This document shows positions 19,396-29,063 of a stretch of DNA of 57,604 nucleotides, piece after piece. A program made the translations under genes and the position numbers. Numbering within the stretch: position 1 is the stretch's first letter; each line of letters starts with the position of its first letter. Source of the stretch: Pelagibacteraceae bacterium (GTDB taxonomy: Bacteria; Pseudomonadota; Alphaproteobacteria; GCA-002720895); NCBI GenBank assembly GCA_002717245.1, contig PBCY01000020.1, positions 13,482-71,085 of the forward strand. The letters are read 5' to 3'. Below the pieces are notes generated by a model. It was not told the origin of the DNA. It worked only from the letters and a program-made list of their open reading frames with translations, and did no database searches.

Positions 19396-20392
19396 TTTTT
19401 TTTTTCTTTAAAAAATTAATAAAAAAATCTTTTTCTTTTAATTTTAGTTCTAAATTAAGAAATAATATTTTTTTTCTTTGTTTTGCATCAATTCTTTGTT
19501 CATCTTTTAATGTAGAAACAAGTATTGAATTGTTTTTTTTTGCATAATTTATTAAGTAATTAATTTTTTCTTTACTAAAATTATAATGATCTGGGAAAGG
19601 GAAAAATTTTATAATATTTAATTTTTTTTTGCGTAAAGAATCTAGAAATTTTTCAGGTCTTCCTATACCAGAAAAACCTATTATTTTTTTATTTTTTACT
19701 TTTTCGTATTTGTTTATTTCAGAATTGATATGAAAAACAGGAATTTTTTTTTTTATTTTTTCTTTTATATTATTTTCATCTTTGTTAAATAAAATTAATA
19801 CATCTGATTTTTTTAATCCTGAATTAATAGATTCTCTTAAAGGCCCTGCTGGTAAAATTAATTCATTACCAAATCCAAAGCCACCATCAACAATCATAAT
19901 TTTTAAATCTTGATAAAGAGAATTATTTTGTAAACCATCATCAAGTATAATTAAATCAGCACCATCTAAAGTGGCCATAAGAGCTCCTTCATATTTATTT
20001 TTCGATACCCATGTTGTTGCTGATTGAGAAAGGATTAATGCTTCATCTCCCACATCTTTAAAAGTGTGTTTATTTTTATCTACTTTTATTGGCCCATTTA
20101 ATTTACCTAAGTAACCCCTAGTAACGATATGAATGTTTATTTTTTTTTTTAATAAATTAGTTAAATATATTACAAAAGGTGTCTTGCCAGATCCTCCAGC
20201 ATTTATATTACCAACACAAATAACAGGTATACCAACTTTTTTTTTATTTTTTTTGATAACTTTAGAAATAATTAAATATAAAAAACTTAGAGGTAATAAA
20301 AAAATAATAATAATCTTTCCAAATATATTATTATTTTTTTTCCAAAAATTTGGATAGCCTGATTTAAATAATATTAAAAATTTTTGTAACAA
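19388..20392 (-). CDS. lpxK: Tetraacyldisaccharide 4'-kinase
   Basis: VGNINAGGSGKTP, GDEA, LDDGLQ, PAGPLRE, FPDH. Confidence 0.96.
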   Translation of the reverse strand: MLQKFLILFKSGYPNFWKKNNNIFGKIIIIFLLPLSFLYLIISKVIKKNKKKVGIPVICVGNINAGGSGKTPFVIYLTNLLKKKINIHIVTRGYLGKLNGPIKVDKNKHTFKDVGDEALILSQSATTWVSKNKYEGALMATLDGADLIILDDGLQNNSLYQDLKIMIVDGGFGFGNELILPAGPLRESINSGLKKSDVLILFNKDENNIKEKIKKKIPVFHINSEINKYEKVKNKKIIGFSGIGRPEKFLDSLRKKKLNIIKFFPFPDHYNFSKEKINYLINYAKKNNSILVSTLKDEQRIDAKQRKKILFLNLELKLKEKDFFINFLKKKKIV

Positions 20393-20407
20393 TGTAAATT
20401 TTATATT

Positions 20408-21079
20408 TTAATTACAGTAATGATCTGCTTCTTTAGTTAATTTTAAAAGAATTTTTTCTAATTTATTAGATAATTTTAAGTCCTCTTCTTTAGTAATTTT
20501 TTTCTTTATTTTTAATGGTTCGCCCCAAGCAAAACATCCTTTTCCAAATGGTAAAGCAACTAAGAATTTATCCCAACTTTTTAAAAAGAATTTATTTTTT
20601 ACTGAACATGATAAAGGAAGAATTTTAAAACCTGTTAAGCTGGCAATTTTTATTATTGCAGAATTTATTTTCATTTTTGGTCCTCTTGGCCCATCTGGAG
20701 TAATTCCTACTGATTGACCTGATTTTAAACTTTCAATAATATTTCTAATTGCTTTAGTTCCCCCTTTAGACGTTGAACCGTGAATAGTATTAATACCAAA
20801 ATATTTAACAGTTTTTGAAATTAATTGCCCATCTGGATGTTCACTAATTAACATATTTATTTTTTTTTCTTTTTTCCATGATAATGGCATCATTAATAAT
20901 CTTCCATGCCAAAAGCATAAAATAAAATTTTCATTATTTTTCCAAAGTGTATCAGCATGTTTTTTATTTAAATACTTCCATTTTAAAGTTAATGATACAA
21001 ATTTTATATATTTTGAAGCTATCCAGCATATAAAACTATATGCTAATTTTGTTCTAAGAATTTTTTTATAGCTAAACAC
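20408..21079 (-). CDS. DUF374 / LpxJ-like acyltransferase
   Basis: FWHGRL, S-x-H-x-DG, TPDGPRGP, SWDKF..PF. Confidence 0.88.
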   Translation of the reverse strand: MFSYKKILRTKLAYSFICWIASKYIKFVSLTLKWKYLNKKHADTLWKNNENFILCFWHGRLLMMPLSWKKEKKINMLISEHPDGQLISKTVKYFGINTIHGSTSKGGTKAIRNIIESLKSGQSVGITPDGPRGPKMKINSAIIKIASLTGFKILPLSCSVKNKFFLKSWDKFLVALPFGKGCFAWGEPLKIKKKITKEEDLKLSNKLEKILLKLTKEADHYCN

Positions 21080-21086
21080 TTATAAA

Positions 21087-22895
21087 CTAAATTTTTTTGT
21101 CTATATAATCTTTTAAATTTACGATTTTATTTGTTGAACTTTTTTGGCCAGCAAATTGAAGTTTATATAATTTTGAATATAGGCCTTTATTTTTCATTAA
21201 GGCTTTATGATTCCCTTTTTCTAATACTTTTCCATTATCAATAACATAAATTAAATTAGCATCTAAGATTGTTGAGAGTCTATGAGCTATAACTAAGGTA
21301 GTTTTATTTCTCATTAATTTTTTTAAACTTTTTTGTATATCTTTTTCTGAATTTGAATCCAATGATGCAGTAGCTTCATCTAACAATAAAATTGGGGCAT
21401 CTTTTAAAATAGCTCTAGCAATTGCTATTTTTTGTCTTTGACCTCCTGATAATTGTATTCCATGTTCTCCAACTATAGATCTATATCCGTTTTTAAAAGA
21501 AATTATAAATTCATGTGCATCAGCTTTTTTTGCTGCTTCTATTAATTGTTTTTCTGAACAATTTGGATTTCCATAAGCTATATTAGCGCGTATAGTATCA
21601 TCAAACAAAGTTACTTCTTGACTAACTAAAGCTATTTTTTCTCTTAAACTTTGTATTTTGTAATTTTTTATATCTTTTTTATCAACTAAAATTAAGCCTT
21701 TTTGTGTATCATAAAATCTTGGAATTAAATTAAGAATAGTAGATTTACCTGCCCCTGTTTTTCCTACTAAGGCTACAGTTTTTCCTCCAGGAATTTTTAA
21801 ATTAATATTATTTAATGCATGAGATGATTTAGAACCATATGAAAACCTGACTTTTTTAAATTCTATTTCACCTTTTTTATGTATGTATTTTTTTGAATTA
21901 GGTTTGTCAGATATTTCAGGTTTTTGATCAAGTAGTTGAAAAATTCTATCAGCAGCAGCTAAGCCATCTTGTATATTTACATTAAAATTTGCTAATCTTT
22001 TTAATGGCTGATATGCCATTAAAAGAGCAGTTATAAATGAAAAAAATGTACCTGGAGTTGTAGTTCCACTTATTACTTTTGAACCACCATAAAAAATTAC
22101 TAATGCTATAGCAATTCCTCCAAGAGATTCTAAAATAGGACGAGTTCTTGATCTAACTCTTACAGATTTGTATATTAAATTAAATAAGTCTTCAACAATT
22201 TTTTTTGCTCTCTTTTTTTCATATTTTTGCATTGTATATGCTTTAACATATCTAGCGCTTTGAAAAATTTGACTAAGAAGGCTAGCAAAAGATCCGATTT
22301 CATGTTGTGTAGATGTTGAAATTTTTCTTATTTTTCTTCCAATATAAAGTATTGGCAGTACTGCAGCTGGAAAAACAAAAAAAGCAATAATTGCTAGAAA
22401 CCAATCTTGATAAAACATTAATGCAACTAAAAAAGTTAATGTCATAGTATCTTTAGCAATTCCTGTAAGTGCTGTAGATACTGAAGCTCTTAATAATCCT
22501 ACATCATAAGTAAATCGTGATATTAATTTTCCTGATGAGGTGTTATGAAAAAAATTTAAATCTGCATTCATTAAATGAGAGAATAATCTGTATCTTACAT
22601 CTGAAATAATTCTTTCTCCCGAGTATTCCATAAAGATAGATTCGCCATATGACGCTACTCCTTTAACTATCGCTATTGTCATAACTGCAATTGGTACTAG
22701 AAGCAGTAATTGAGCATTTTTATTTAAGAAAACTTCATCTAAAACAGGCTGCATTAACCAAGCATTAGTAGCAGTTGCTGCTGAAACTACAGCCATACAT
22801 AGTGCAGCAAGTAATAATTTGCCAAAATAAGGTCTTACATGTTCTTTTATTAATCTTTTAATGAGTTTAATACTTTTTTCGCTTTTAATTTGCAT
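21087..22895 (-). CDS. msbA: Lipid A ABC exporter
   Basis: TMD plus NBD (GKTGAGKS, LSGGQRQ, LLLDEAT, IAHRLST); lipid A gene context. Confidence 0.9.
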   Translation of the reverse strand: MQIKSEKSIKLIKRLIKEHVRPYFGKLLLAALCMAVVSAATATNAWLMQPVLDEVFLNKNAQLLLLVPIAVMTIAIVKGVASYGESIFMEYSGERIISDVRYRLFSHLMNADLNFFHNTSSGKLISRFTYDVGLLRASVSTALTGIAKDTMTLTFLVALMFYQDWFLAIIAFFVFPAAVLPILYIGRKIRKISTSTQHEIGSFASLLSQIFQSARYVKAYTMQKYEKKRAKKIVEDLFNLIYKSVRVRSRTRPILESLGGIAIALVIFYGGSKVISGTTTPGTFFSFITALLMAYQPLKRLANFNVNIQDGLAAADRIFQLLDQKPEISDKPNSKKYIHKKGEIEFKKVRFSYGSKSSHALNNINLKIPGGKTVALVGKTGAGKSTILNLIPRFYDTQKGLILVDKKDIKNYKIQSLREKIALVSQEVTLFDDTIRANIAYGNPNCSEKQLIEAAKKADAHEFIISFKNGYRSIVGEHGIQLSGGQRQKIAIARAILKDAPILLLDEATASLDSNSEKDIQKSLKKLMRNKTTLVIAHRLSTILDANLIYVIDNGKVLEKGNHKALMKNKGLYSKLYKLQFAGQKSSTNKIVNLKDYIDKKI

Positions 22896-22900
22896 AAATA

Positions 22901-24238
22901 TTATCCAGCTACTGTCATATTTTCAATAAGCATAGTTGGTGAATTTAATCCTTGTTTAAATTCAAGATCATCAGCTAAAATAATTCTTTTAAACATTTCA
23001 TTAAGATTGTCTGCAATTGTTATTTCGTTTATAGGATATGTTATTTCACCTTTATCTATCCAAAATCCTGAGCCACCTCTACTGTAATCACCGTTTATTA
23101 AATTAACACTTGACCCCATTAATTCTGTTAAATAGATACCTTTTTTAATATTACCAATTAAATTTTTTTTTGAAATATTTCCTGGTTCAAAATAAAGGTT
23201 AGTTGGATTTGGTGAAGGAGGGCTAGATATGCCTCTTGATGCATGTCCAGTTGATTTTAATTTTAATTGTTTAGCGGTAGATAAATCTAAAATCCATGTT
23301 TTTAATTCACCATTTTTTACAATTTCTGTTTTTTTAGTTTCTAAACCTTCACCATCAAATGGTTTAGATTGCAAACCACCTTTTTTTAAAGGGTTATCAA
23401 CTATATTAATATTTTCTGAAAATATTTTTTTATTTAATTTTTTTTTTAAAAAACTCGTACCTCTAGCAATAGAATTTCCATTTATAGAACTTGATAAATA
23501 TCTTAAAAAGCTATTAGCAACTCTAGGAGAAAAAATAACTGGAATTTTAGAAGTTTTAATTTTTCTTGGTTTAAGTCTTTTTACAGCTTTTTCGCCAGCT
23601 TTTTTTCCAACTATTGATGGTTTTATTAAATCTTTTTCAGAAACACTACTTGCAAATTCATATTCTCTTTCCATAGATGTACCTTTTCCAGCAATCAATA
23701 CTACATAAATGCTATAATTAGAGGATTGATAATTTACATTTAAACCATTGCTATTGAATAAATGTATTTTTGATTTGTTCCAACCAATCTCTGATCCTTC
23801 TGAGTTAGTTACACCATTAACATTTAATCCAGCTTTCTCAGCTTCAATTACTTTATTTTTTAAAGAATTAATTGATGGTTCTTTATTTTCTAAAATATTA
23901 AGATTTGGTATTTTTTTTATCAAATCTTTTTTTTCAGCAATTGAGCAGTAAGGGTCTTTAGGTACAGCTTTTACCATATTTGAAGCTTTATAAACTAATT
24001 CTTCAAGACTTTTATTACTTAAATCATTTGACGAAACAATAACTTGTTTTTTATTTTTTATAAATCTTAAACCCAAGTCATTACTTTCTGATCTTTCTAA
24101 TTTTTCTATTTTTTTTAATCTACAACCAACGTCAATATTTGTATTTTCAACATAAACAACATCTACATCTTCAGCCCCAGCTTTTTTTGATTTTTTAATT
24201 AAATAATCAGCTTTTTCATTTATTTGTGTTTTGTTCAT
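22901..24238 (-). CDS. pmbA: TldE/PmbA family protein
   Basis: PFDGEG, TGHASRG, GDYSRG; no HExxxH. Confidence 0.93.
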   Translation of the reverse strand: MNKTQINEKADYLIKKSKKAGAEDVDVVYVENTNIDVGCRLKKIEKLERSESNDLGLRFIKNKKQVIVSSNDLSNKSLEELVYKASNMVKAVPKDPYCSIAEKKDLIKKIPNLNILENKEPSINSLKNKVIEAEKAGLNVNGVTNSEGSEIGWNKSKIHLFNSNGLNVNYQSSNYSIYVVLIAGKGTSMEREYEFASSVSEKDLIKPSIVGKKAGEKAVKRLKPRKIKTSKIPVIFSPRVANSFLRYLSSSINGNSIARGTSFLKKKLNKKIFSENINIVDNPLKKGGLQSKPFDGEGLETKKTEIVKNGELKTWILDLSTAKQLKLKSTGHASRGISSPPSPNPTNLYFEPGNISKKNLIGNIKKGIYLTELMGSSVNLINGDYSRGGSGFWIDKGEITYPINEITIADNLNEMFKRIILADDLEFKQGLNSPTMLIENMTVAG

Positions 24239-24256
24239 TTTAAAAATATATAAATA

Positions 24257-25117
24257 TTATATATAGTTAAATAATAATCCAATTGTTATAAAAAAACCGT
24301 ACCATGAGTTCATTTTAAAAATTTTCATAAAATTATTAGATTTTGATTTTTTTATTTTATGAAATTCATTTAAAATAATTAGTGCATATAATATTACTAT
24401 AAAGTAAAAAATTTTATCAAAATCATTTAATATTCCTATAAATGTAAACATACAGACAAAAAGTATATAAAAAACCATTATCCAAAAAGTTATATTATTT
24501 TCTAAATATATTGCTAGCGATTTTATTCCAATTTTTTTATCATCTTTTAAATCTTGATAAGCGTAAATTGTGTCGTAACCTAAAGTCCAAAAAATACAAG
24601 TTAAATATAATAATAAACATTTATAATCAAATTCTCCATTAGCAGCTGTCCATGAGATTAGAACACTAAAATTAAAAACAATAGCAAGAAAAACTTGAGG
24701 AAAATAAGTATATCTTTTCATAAAAGGGTAAAGTAAGACTAAAGGAAAAGCGGCAAAACCTAGTAAAATACATATTGGATTTAAGGTTAATAATATTGAA
24801 AGGCCAATAGATATAAAAATTATAAATAATATTATTGCATCAGTGACTTCTAAATCTTCAGATGCTAAAGGTCTAAATTTTGTTCTTTTAACATTTTTGT
24901 CAAATTTTTTATCTATTATATCGTTTATTATACATCCTGCAGATCTCATTATAAAAGAACCGTATGAAAATAAAAAAATTAGATAAATATTAATTTCTTT
25001 TAATACAATTAATATTGACCAAATTGCTGGAAACATTAATAACATAATTCCAGTTGGTTGATTTATTCTTATTAGAATAAGAAACTTTTTTAAGTAATAT
25101 AAAATATATTTAAACAT
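24257..25117 (-). CDS. ubiA: 4-hydroxybenzoate polyprenyltransferase
   Basis: RSAGCIINDIIDKKFD..RT..RPL, YPFMKR, YDTIYAYQD. Confidence 0.96.
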   Translation of the reverse strand: MFKYILYYLKKFLILIRINQPTGIMLLMFPAIWSILIVLKEINIYLIFLFSYGSFIMRSAGCIINDIIDKKFDKNVKRTKFRPLASEDLEVTDAIILFIIFISIGLSILLTLNPICILLGFAAFPLVLLYPFMKRYTYFPQVFLAIVFNFSVLISWTAANGEFDYKCLLLYLTCIFWTLGYDTIYAYQDLKDDKKIGIKSLAIYLENNITFWIMVFYILFVCMFTFIGILNDFDKIFYFIVILYALIILNEFHKIKKSKSNNFMKIFKMNSWYGFFITIGLLFNYI

Positions 25118-25123
25118 AAAAAT

Positions 25124-25861
25124 TTGAAAGATATTCTGCCATTAAAACGATTATTTATAAAGACTGAACTTAAAGAGAAATCTTTAGTTAATCTATCAAC
25201 TTCTAATACACATTATATATCAAATGTTTTAAGAATAAGAGAAAAACAAAAAATTTCTGTTTTTAATGGAATTCAAGGAGAATGGGAAGGAATTATAAAA
25301 AGTTTAAATAAAAAGAAAGGGGAAATAATAATTGAAAAACAAATAGAAAAACAAGAAAAAGAAAATTTAATTAATTTGATTTATACTCCAATAAAAGGTC
25401 AAAGAAATTATTATTTAATAGAAAAAATAACCGAGCTTGGTGTTACAAATATCTATCCAGTTATTTCAGAACGATCTGTTATTAAAAAATTTAATTATAA
25501 GAAAGCTGTTGCGTGTTCAATAGCTGCCTCTCAGCAATCTGGAAGACTGTCTGTTCCAAAAATACATGAAATTAAAGATTTAAAAAAATTATTAAATATT
25601 TGGAATAAAAAAGATCAAATTATATTTTGCGATGAAACAGAAGAAAAAAAATTATTTGTTGATTTATTTAAATCAGAAAGAGAAAAACAAATAAATAGTT
25701 TACTTATTGGACCAGAAGGAGGATTCTCCATAACTGAAAAAAATTTTTTAGAAAAATTAAATTATATTTATGGAGTAAGTTTAGGTAAAAGAATTTTAAG
25801 AGCTGATACAGCTGCAATAACTGCTTTATCTTTATTAATAGGTGAAAAATATTTGAAATGA
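25124..25861 (+). CDS. rsmE: 16S rRNA m3U1498 methyltransferase
   Basis: HYISNVLR, EKITELGV, IGPEGGF, LGKRILRADTA. Confidence 0.96.
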   Translation: MKDILPLKRLFIKTELKEKSLVNLSTSNTHYISNVLRIREKQKISVFNGIQGEWEGIIKSLNKKKGEIIIEKQIEKQEKENLINLIYTPIKGQRNYYLIEKITELGVTNIYPVISERSVIKKFNYKKAVACSIAASQQSGRLSVPKIHEIKDLKKLLNIWNKKDQIIFCDETEEKKLFVDLFKSEREKQINSLLIGPEGGFSITEKNFLEKLNYIYGVSLGKRILRADTAAITALSLLIGEKYLK

Positions 25862-27201
25862 AAAAATTTTTAGAAAATAAAAATGATTTAATTAAATATT
25901 TTGAAAAAGGTTCTAAACAAAAAAAATTTTGGAAAATTGGAACAGAACATGAAAAATTTATTTATGATTTAAACACTTTAAACCCAATTGATTATAATGG
26001 AAGAAATGGGATTAAATCATTATTCAAATTGTTTAAAAAAAAAGGTTGGAAAGAAATTAGTGAAAATAAAAACCCAATAGCACTAAAAAAAAGTGGATCA
26101 ACAATTTCTCTTGAGCCTAGATGTCAAATCGAACTTTCTGGTGGCACAGTTAAATCAGTCCATGAGACATGTAAACAAGCAAAAAATTATTTAGATGAAC
26201 TTAAAAAGATTTGCATTAAAAAAAAATTAGGAATTCTTGGTCTTGGTTATTATCCAAAAAATTTCAAAAAATATACTGGATGGGTTCCAAAAAAAAGATA
26301 CACAATTATGAGGAAAAGAATGAAATCAACAGGGTCACACGGTTTAGAAATGATGTCTTCAACTTGTTGTATACAAACTAACTTAGATTATTCAAATGAA
26401 AATGATATGTTTAAAAAAGTAAGAGTAGGATTTGCTTTACAACCATTTGTTACAGCTTTATTTGCTAATTCTTCCATTATAAACAAAAAAAAATCTAAAT
26501 ATTTAAGTTATAGAAGTTATATTTGGTCTAAAACAGATAAGAATAGATGCGGGATAATTTCTGATGTTTTTTCAGAAAAATTTACATTTGAGAAATACGT
26601 TAACTATTTACTTAAAGTTCCAATGTATTTTGTTTATAGAAATGGAAAATATTTTGAAATAAATAACCAAAATTTTGAAGATTTTTTAAATGGAAAATTA
26701 AAAAAACTTCCTAATCAATTACCAACTTTAAATGATTTGGAAAATCATATTAGTACTATCTTTACCGATGTAAGAATAAAGCAATACATTGAAATGAGAG
26801 GAGCTGATAGTGGATCATGGAATAAAATATGTGCTCTGCCAGCTTTTTGGGTAGGTCTTTTATATAGTGAAAAAATTTTAGATGAAGTTTTTTTTATGAT
26901 TAAAGATTGGAATTTAGATGAAATTTATGAATTAAATAAAGATGTTCAAAAATATGGATTAAGATCTCAATTAAGAAAAAAAAAAATTCAAAGTATTTGT
27001 ATTGAAATTTTAAAATTATCAAAAAAAGGCTTAAATATTAGGAATTATTTAAATAAAAAAAAAGAAACAGAAGAACATTTTTTAAATATTTTGTTTGAAA
27101 TAGCAAATTCCGGAAAAACTCCTGCTGAAGAATTGATAAATAATTATGTTGATAAAAATAATAATTGTTCTGATGACATATTTAGTGATAATTCTTATTA
27201 A
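25858..27201 (+). CDS. gshA: Glutamate--cysteine ligase (alphaproteobacterial/plant type)
   Basis: IGTEHEKF, SLEP..Q.ELSG, QTNLD, ALFANS, EMRGAD. Confidence 0.93.
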   Translation: MKKFLENKNDLIKYFEKGSKQKKFWKIGTEHEKFIYDLNTLNPIDYNGRNGIKSLFKLFKKKGWKEISENKNPIALKKSGSTISLEPRCQIELSGGTVKSVHETCKQAKNYLDELKKICIKKKLGILGLGYYPKNFKKYTGWVPKKRYTIMRKRMKSTGSHGLEMMSSTCCIQTNLDYSNENDMFKKVRVGFALQPFVTALFANSSIINKKKSKYLSYRSYIWSKTDKNRCGIISDVFSEKFTFEKYVNYLLKVPMYFVYRNGKYFEINNQNFEDFLNGKLKKLPNQLPTLNDLENHISTIFTDVRIKQYIEMRGADSGSWNKICALPAFWVGLLYSEKILDEVFFMIKDWNLDEIYELNKDVQKYGLRSQLRKKKIQSICIEILKLSKKGLNIRNYLNKKKETEEHFLNILFEIANSGKTPAEELINNYVDKNNNCSDDIFSDNSY

Positions 27202-27230
27202 AAAAAATTAATACTTATTTTAAAAAATAT

Positions 27231-27518
27231 ATGAAAAAAAAATTCAAAAATTTAAAAGATGTTAGAAAAAGTATAGATAATGTTGATGCTCGTTTAGTAA
27301 AATTAATTGGTGAAAGAGAATTTTACGTTAGAGAAGCACTTAAATTTAAAACAAATAAAAAACAAATTATTGATCGAAAAAGAATAAGTATGGTCTTAAA
27401 GAAAACAAAGAATTTATCAAAAAAATATAAAGCAAATAATTTAATTGTAGAAAGAATCTGGAAATTAATGATTAAGAATTTTATTATTCTAGAAAATAAA
27501 TTATTTAAAAAAAATTAA
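27231..27518 (+). CDS. Monofunctional AroQ-type chorismate mutase (or PchB-like)
   Basis: L-x2-VR-x2-ID-x2-D-x2-LV-x-LI-x2-R...K....D-x2-R pattern. Confidence 0.85.
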   Translation: MKKKFKNLKDVRKSIDNVDARLVKLIGEREFYVREALKFKTNKKQIIDRKRISMVLKKTKNLSKKYKANNLIVERIWKLMIKNFIILENKLFKKN

Positions 27519-27527
27519 ATAATAATT

Positions 27528-28970
27528 TTATACGTCTGTGCCGCCAACCAAAATTTCATCTACTAAAATAGTGGGTTGTCCTACTCCTACAGGTACACCC
27601 TGTCCTTCTTTGCCACAAGTGCCAATTCCACCATCAAGAGACATATTATTTCCGACTAATGAAATTTTTTTTAAAACTTCTTCACCCTTTCCAATTAATG
27701 TTGCTCCTTTAACTGGGTTTGTAACTTTGCCATTTTCTATCATATATGCTTCAGAAGCTGAAAATTCAAATTGTCCAGAAGTTATATCAACGCTTCCACC
27801 TGAGAAATTTACCGCGTATAAACCTTTTTTTACAGATTTAAATATATCTTCTTCTGGAACATCTCCACCAAGCATGTATGTATTTGTCATTCTCGGCATA
27901 GGTAAGTATTCATAACTTTCTCTTCTACCGTTACCAGTTGATTTTGTTTTCATTAAATTTGCGTTTAATCTATCTTGCATATGACCAACCATTATTCCAT
28001 TTTCAATTAATGTAGTACATTGACTAGGCGTACCTTCATCGTCAACAGTTATAGATCCTCTTCTATTATCAATAGTTCCATCATCAACTACAGTCACATT
28101 TTTAGAAGCAATTTTTTTTCCTAAAAGTTCTGAAAAAACAGATATTTTTTTTCTATTAAAATCTCCTTCTAGTCCATGCCCTATTGCTTCATGAAGAATT
28201 ATACCAGGCCAACCAGGGCCTAAAACAATTGGCATTTTTCCTGCAGGAGCTGATTTAGATTTTAAATTAGTTAGAGCCTGCCTTAAAGCATCTTCAGTTT
28301 GTTGTTTCCAAATTTTTTCATTAAAAAAATCTACATAATTTCTTCTTCCTCCTGCTCCGCTAGAACCTGTTTCCATTCTTTTTCCATCATCAACTGTTAT
28401 AGAAATATTTAATCTAACTAAAGGTCTAATGTCACCACAATGATATCCACCTTTTCTTAATATATGTACAGCTTGCCATTCTCCATGAAGCGAGGCTGAA
28501 ACTTGTTTAACTTTTTTGTTTAATTTTCTTGCATATTCATCAATTGATTTTAAAAGTTTTGTTTTTTCATTAGATGAAAAACCATTTAAAGGGTTTATAT
28601 TTGAGTAGTGTTTTTTGTTTGTTCTTACAGGATTAATAATTTTTGATTTAGAAGAAGTTGATAATATTGATTGAACTACTTTGCTAGCATTTTTAATACT
28701 AGTTTCGTTTATATTAGAAGAATGAGAATATGCTGAAGTTTCATCTTTTACTGATCTAAGGCCAAAGCCTTTATCAGTTGATATGCTTGCATTTTTTATT
28801 TTTTTATCATCATAAACAAAACTTTCTGATTGTTTAAATTCTAAGAAAAGTTCTCCGTCATCAGCTTTTTTTAGGGAATCATTAACTATTTTTTCAGTTT
28901 TATTAAAATCTAAATTTTCTTTTTTAAAAAAAAGATCGTATGAATTATTGATTTTATTCATATTATTCAT
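27528..28970 (-). CDS. tldD: Metalloprotease TldD
   Basis: LHEAIGHGLEGDFNRK, PRMTNTYM, CGKEGQGVPVGVGQPT. Confidence 0.97.
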   Translation of the reverse strand: MNNMNKINNSYDLFFKKENLDFNKTEKIVNDSLKKADDGELFLEFKQSESFVYDDKKIKNASISTDKGFGLRSVKDETSAYSHSSNINETSIKNASKVVQSILSTSSKSKIINPVRTNKKHYSNINPLNGFSSNEKTKLLKSIDEYARKLNKKVKQVSASLHGEWQAVHILRKGGYHCGDIRPLVRLNISITVDDGKRMETGSSGAGGRRNYVDFFNEKIWKQQTEDALRQALTNLKSKSAPAGKMPIVLGPGWPGIILHEAIGHGLEGDFNRKKISVFSELLGKKIASKNVTVVDDGTIDNRRGSITVDDEGTPSQCTTLIENGIMVGHMQDRLNANLMKTKSTGNGRRESYEYLPMPRMTNTYMLGGDVPEEDIFKSVKKGLYAVNFSGGSVDITSGQFEFSASEAYMIENGKVTNPVKGATLIGKGEEVLKKISLVGNNMSLDGGIGTCGKEGQGVPVGVGQPTILVDEILVGGTDV

Positions 28971-29051
28971 TTAATTAATATAGTTTAAATAATATAATTT
29001 GCTTAATTTTTTTTGTTGATAAAGTTATATTTTCTTTTACTTTATTTGTGT

Positions 29052-29058
29052 AAGGGAG
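29052..29058 (+). promoter_or_regulatory. Shine-Dalgarno sequence of coxB
   Basis: AAGGGAG 5 nt upstream of the in-frame GTG at 29064. Confidence 0.6.
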
Positions 29059-29063
29059 TAAAT

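Noticed and set aside
29013-29063. Longer coxB start, and a possible FNR box at TTGATAAAGTTATA
   Set aside because: The GTG at 29064 has an SD and a signal peptide; the FNR match is only a half-site.
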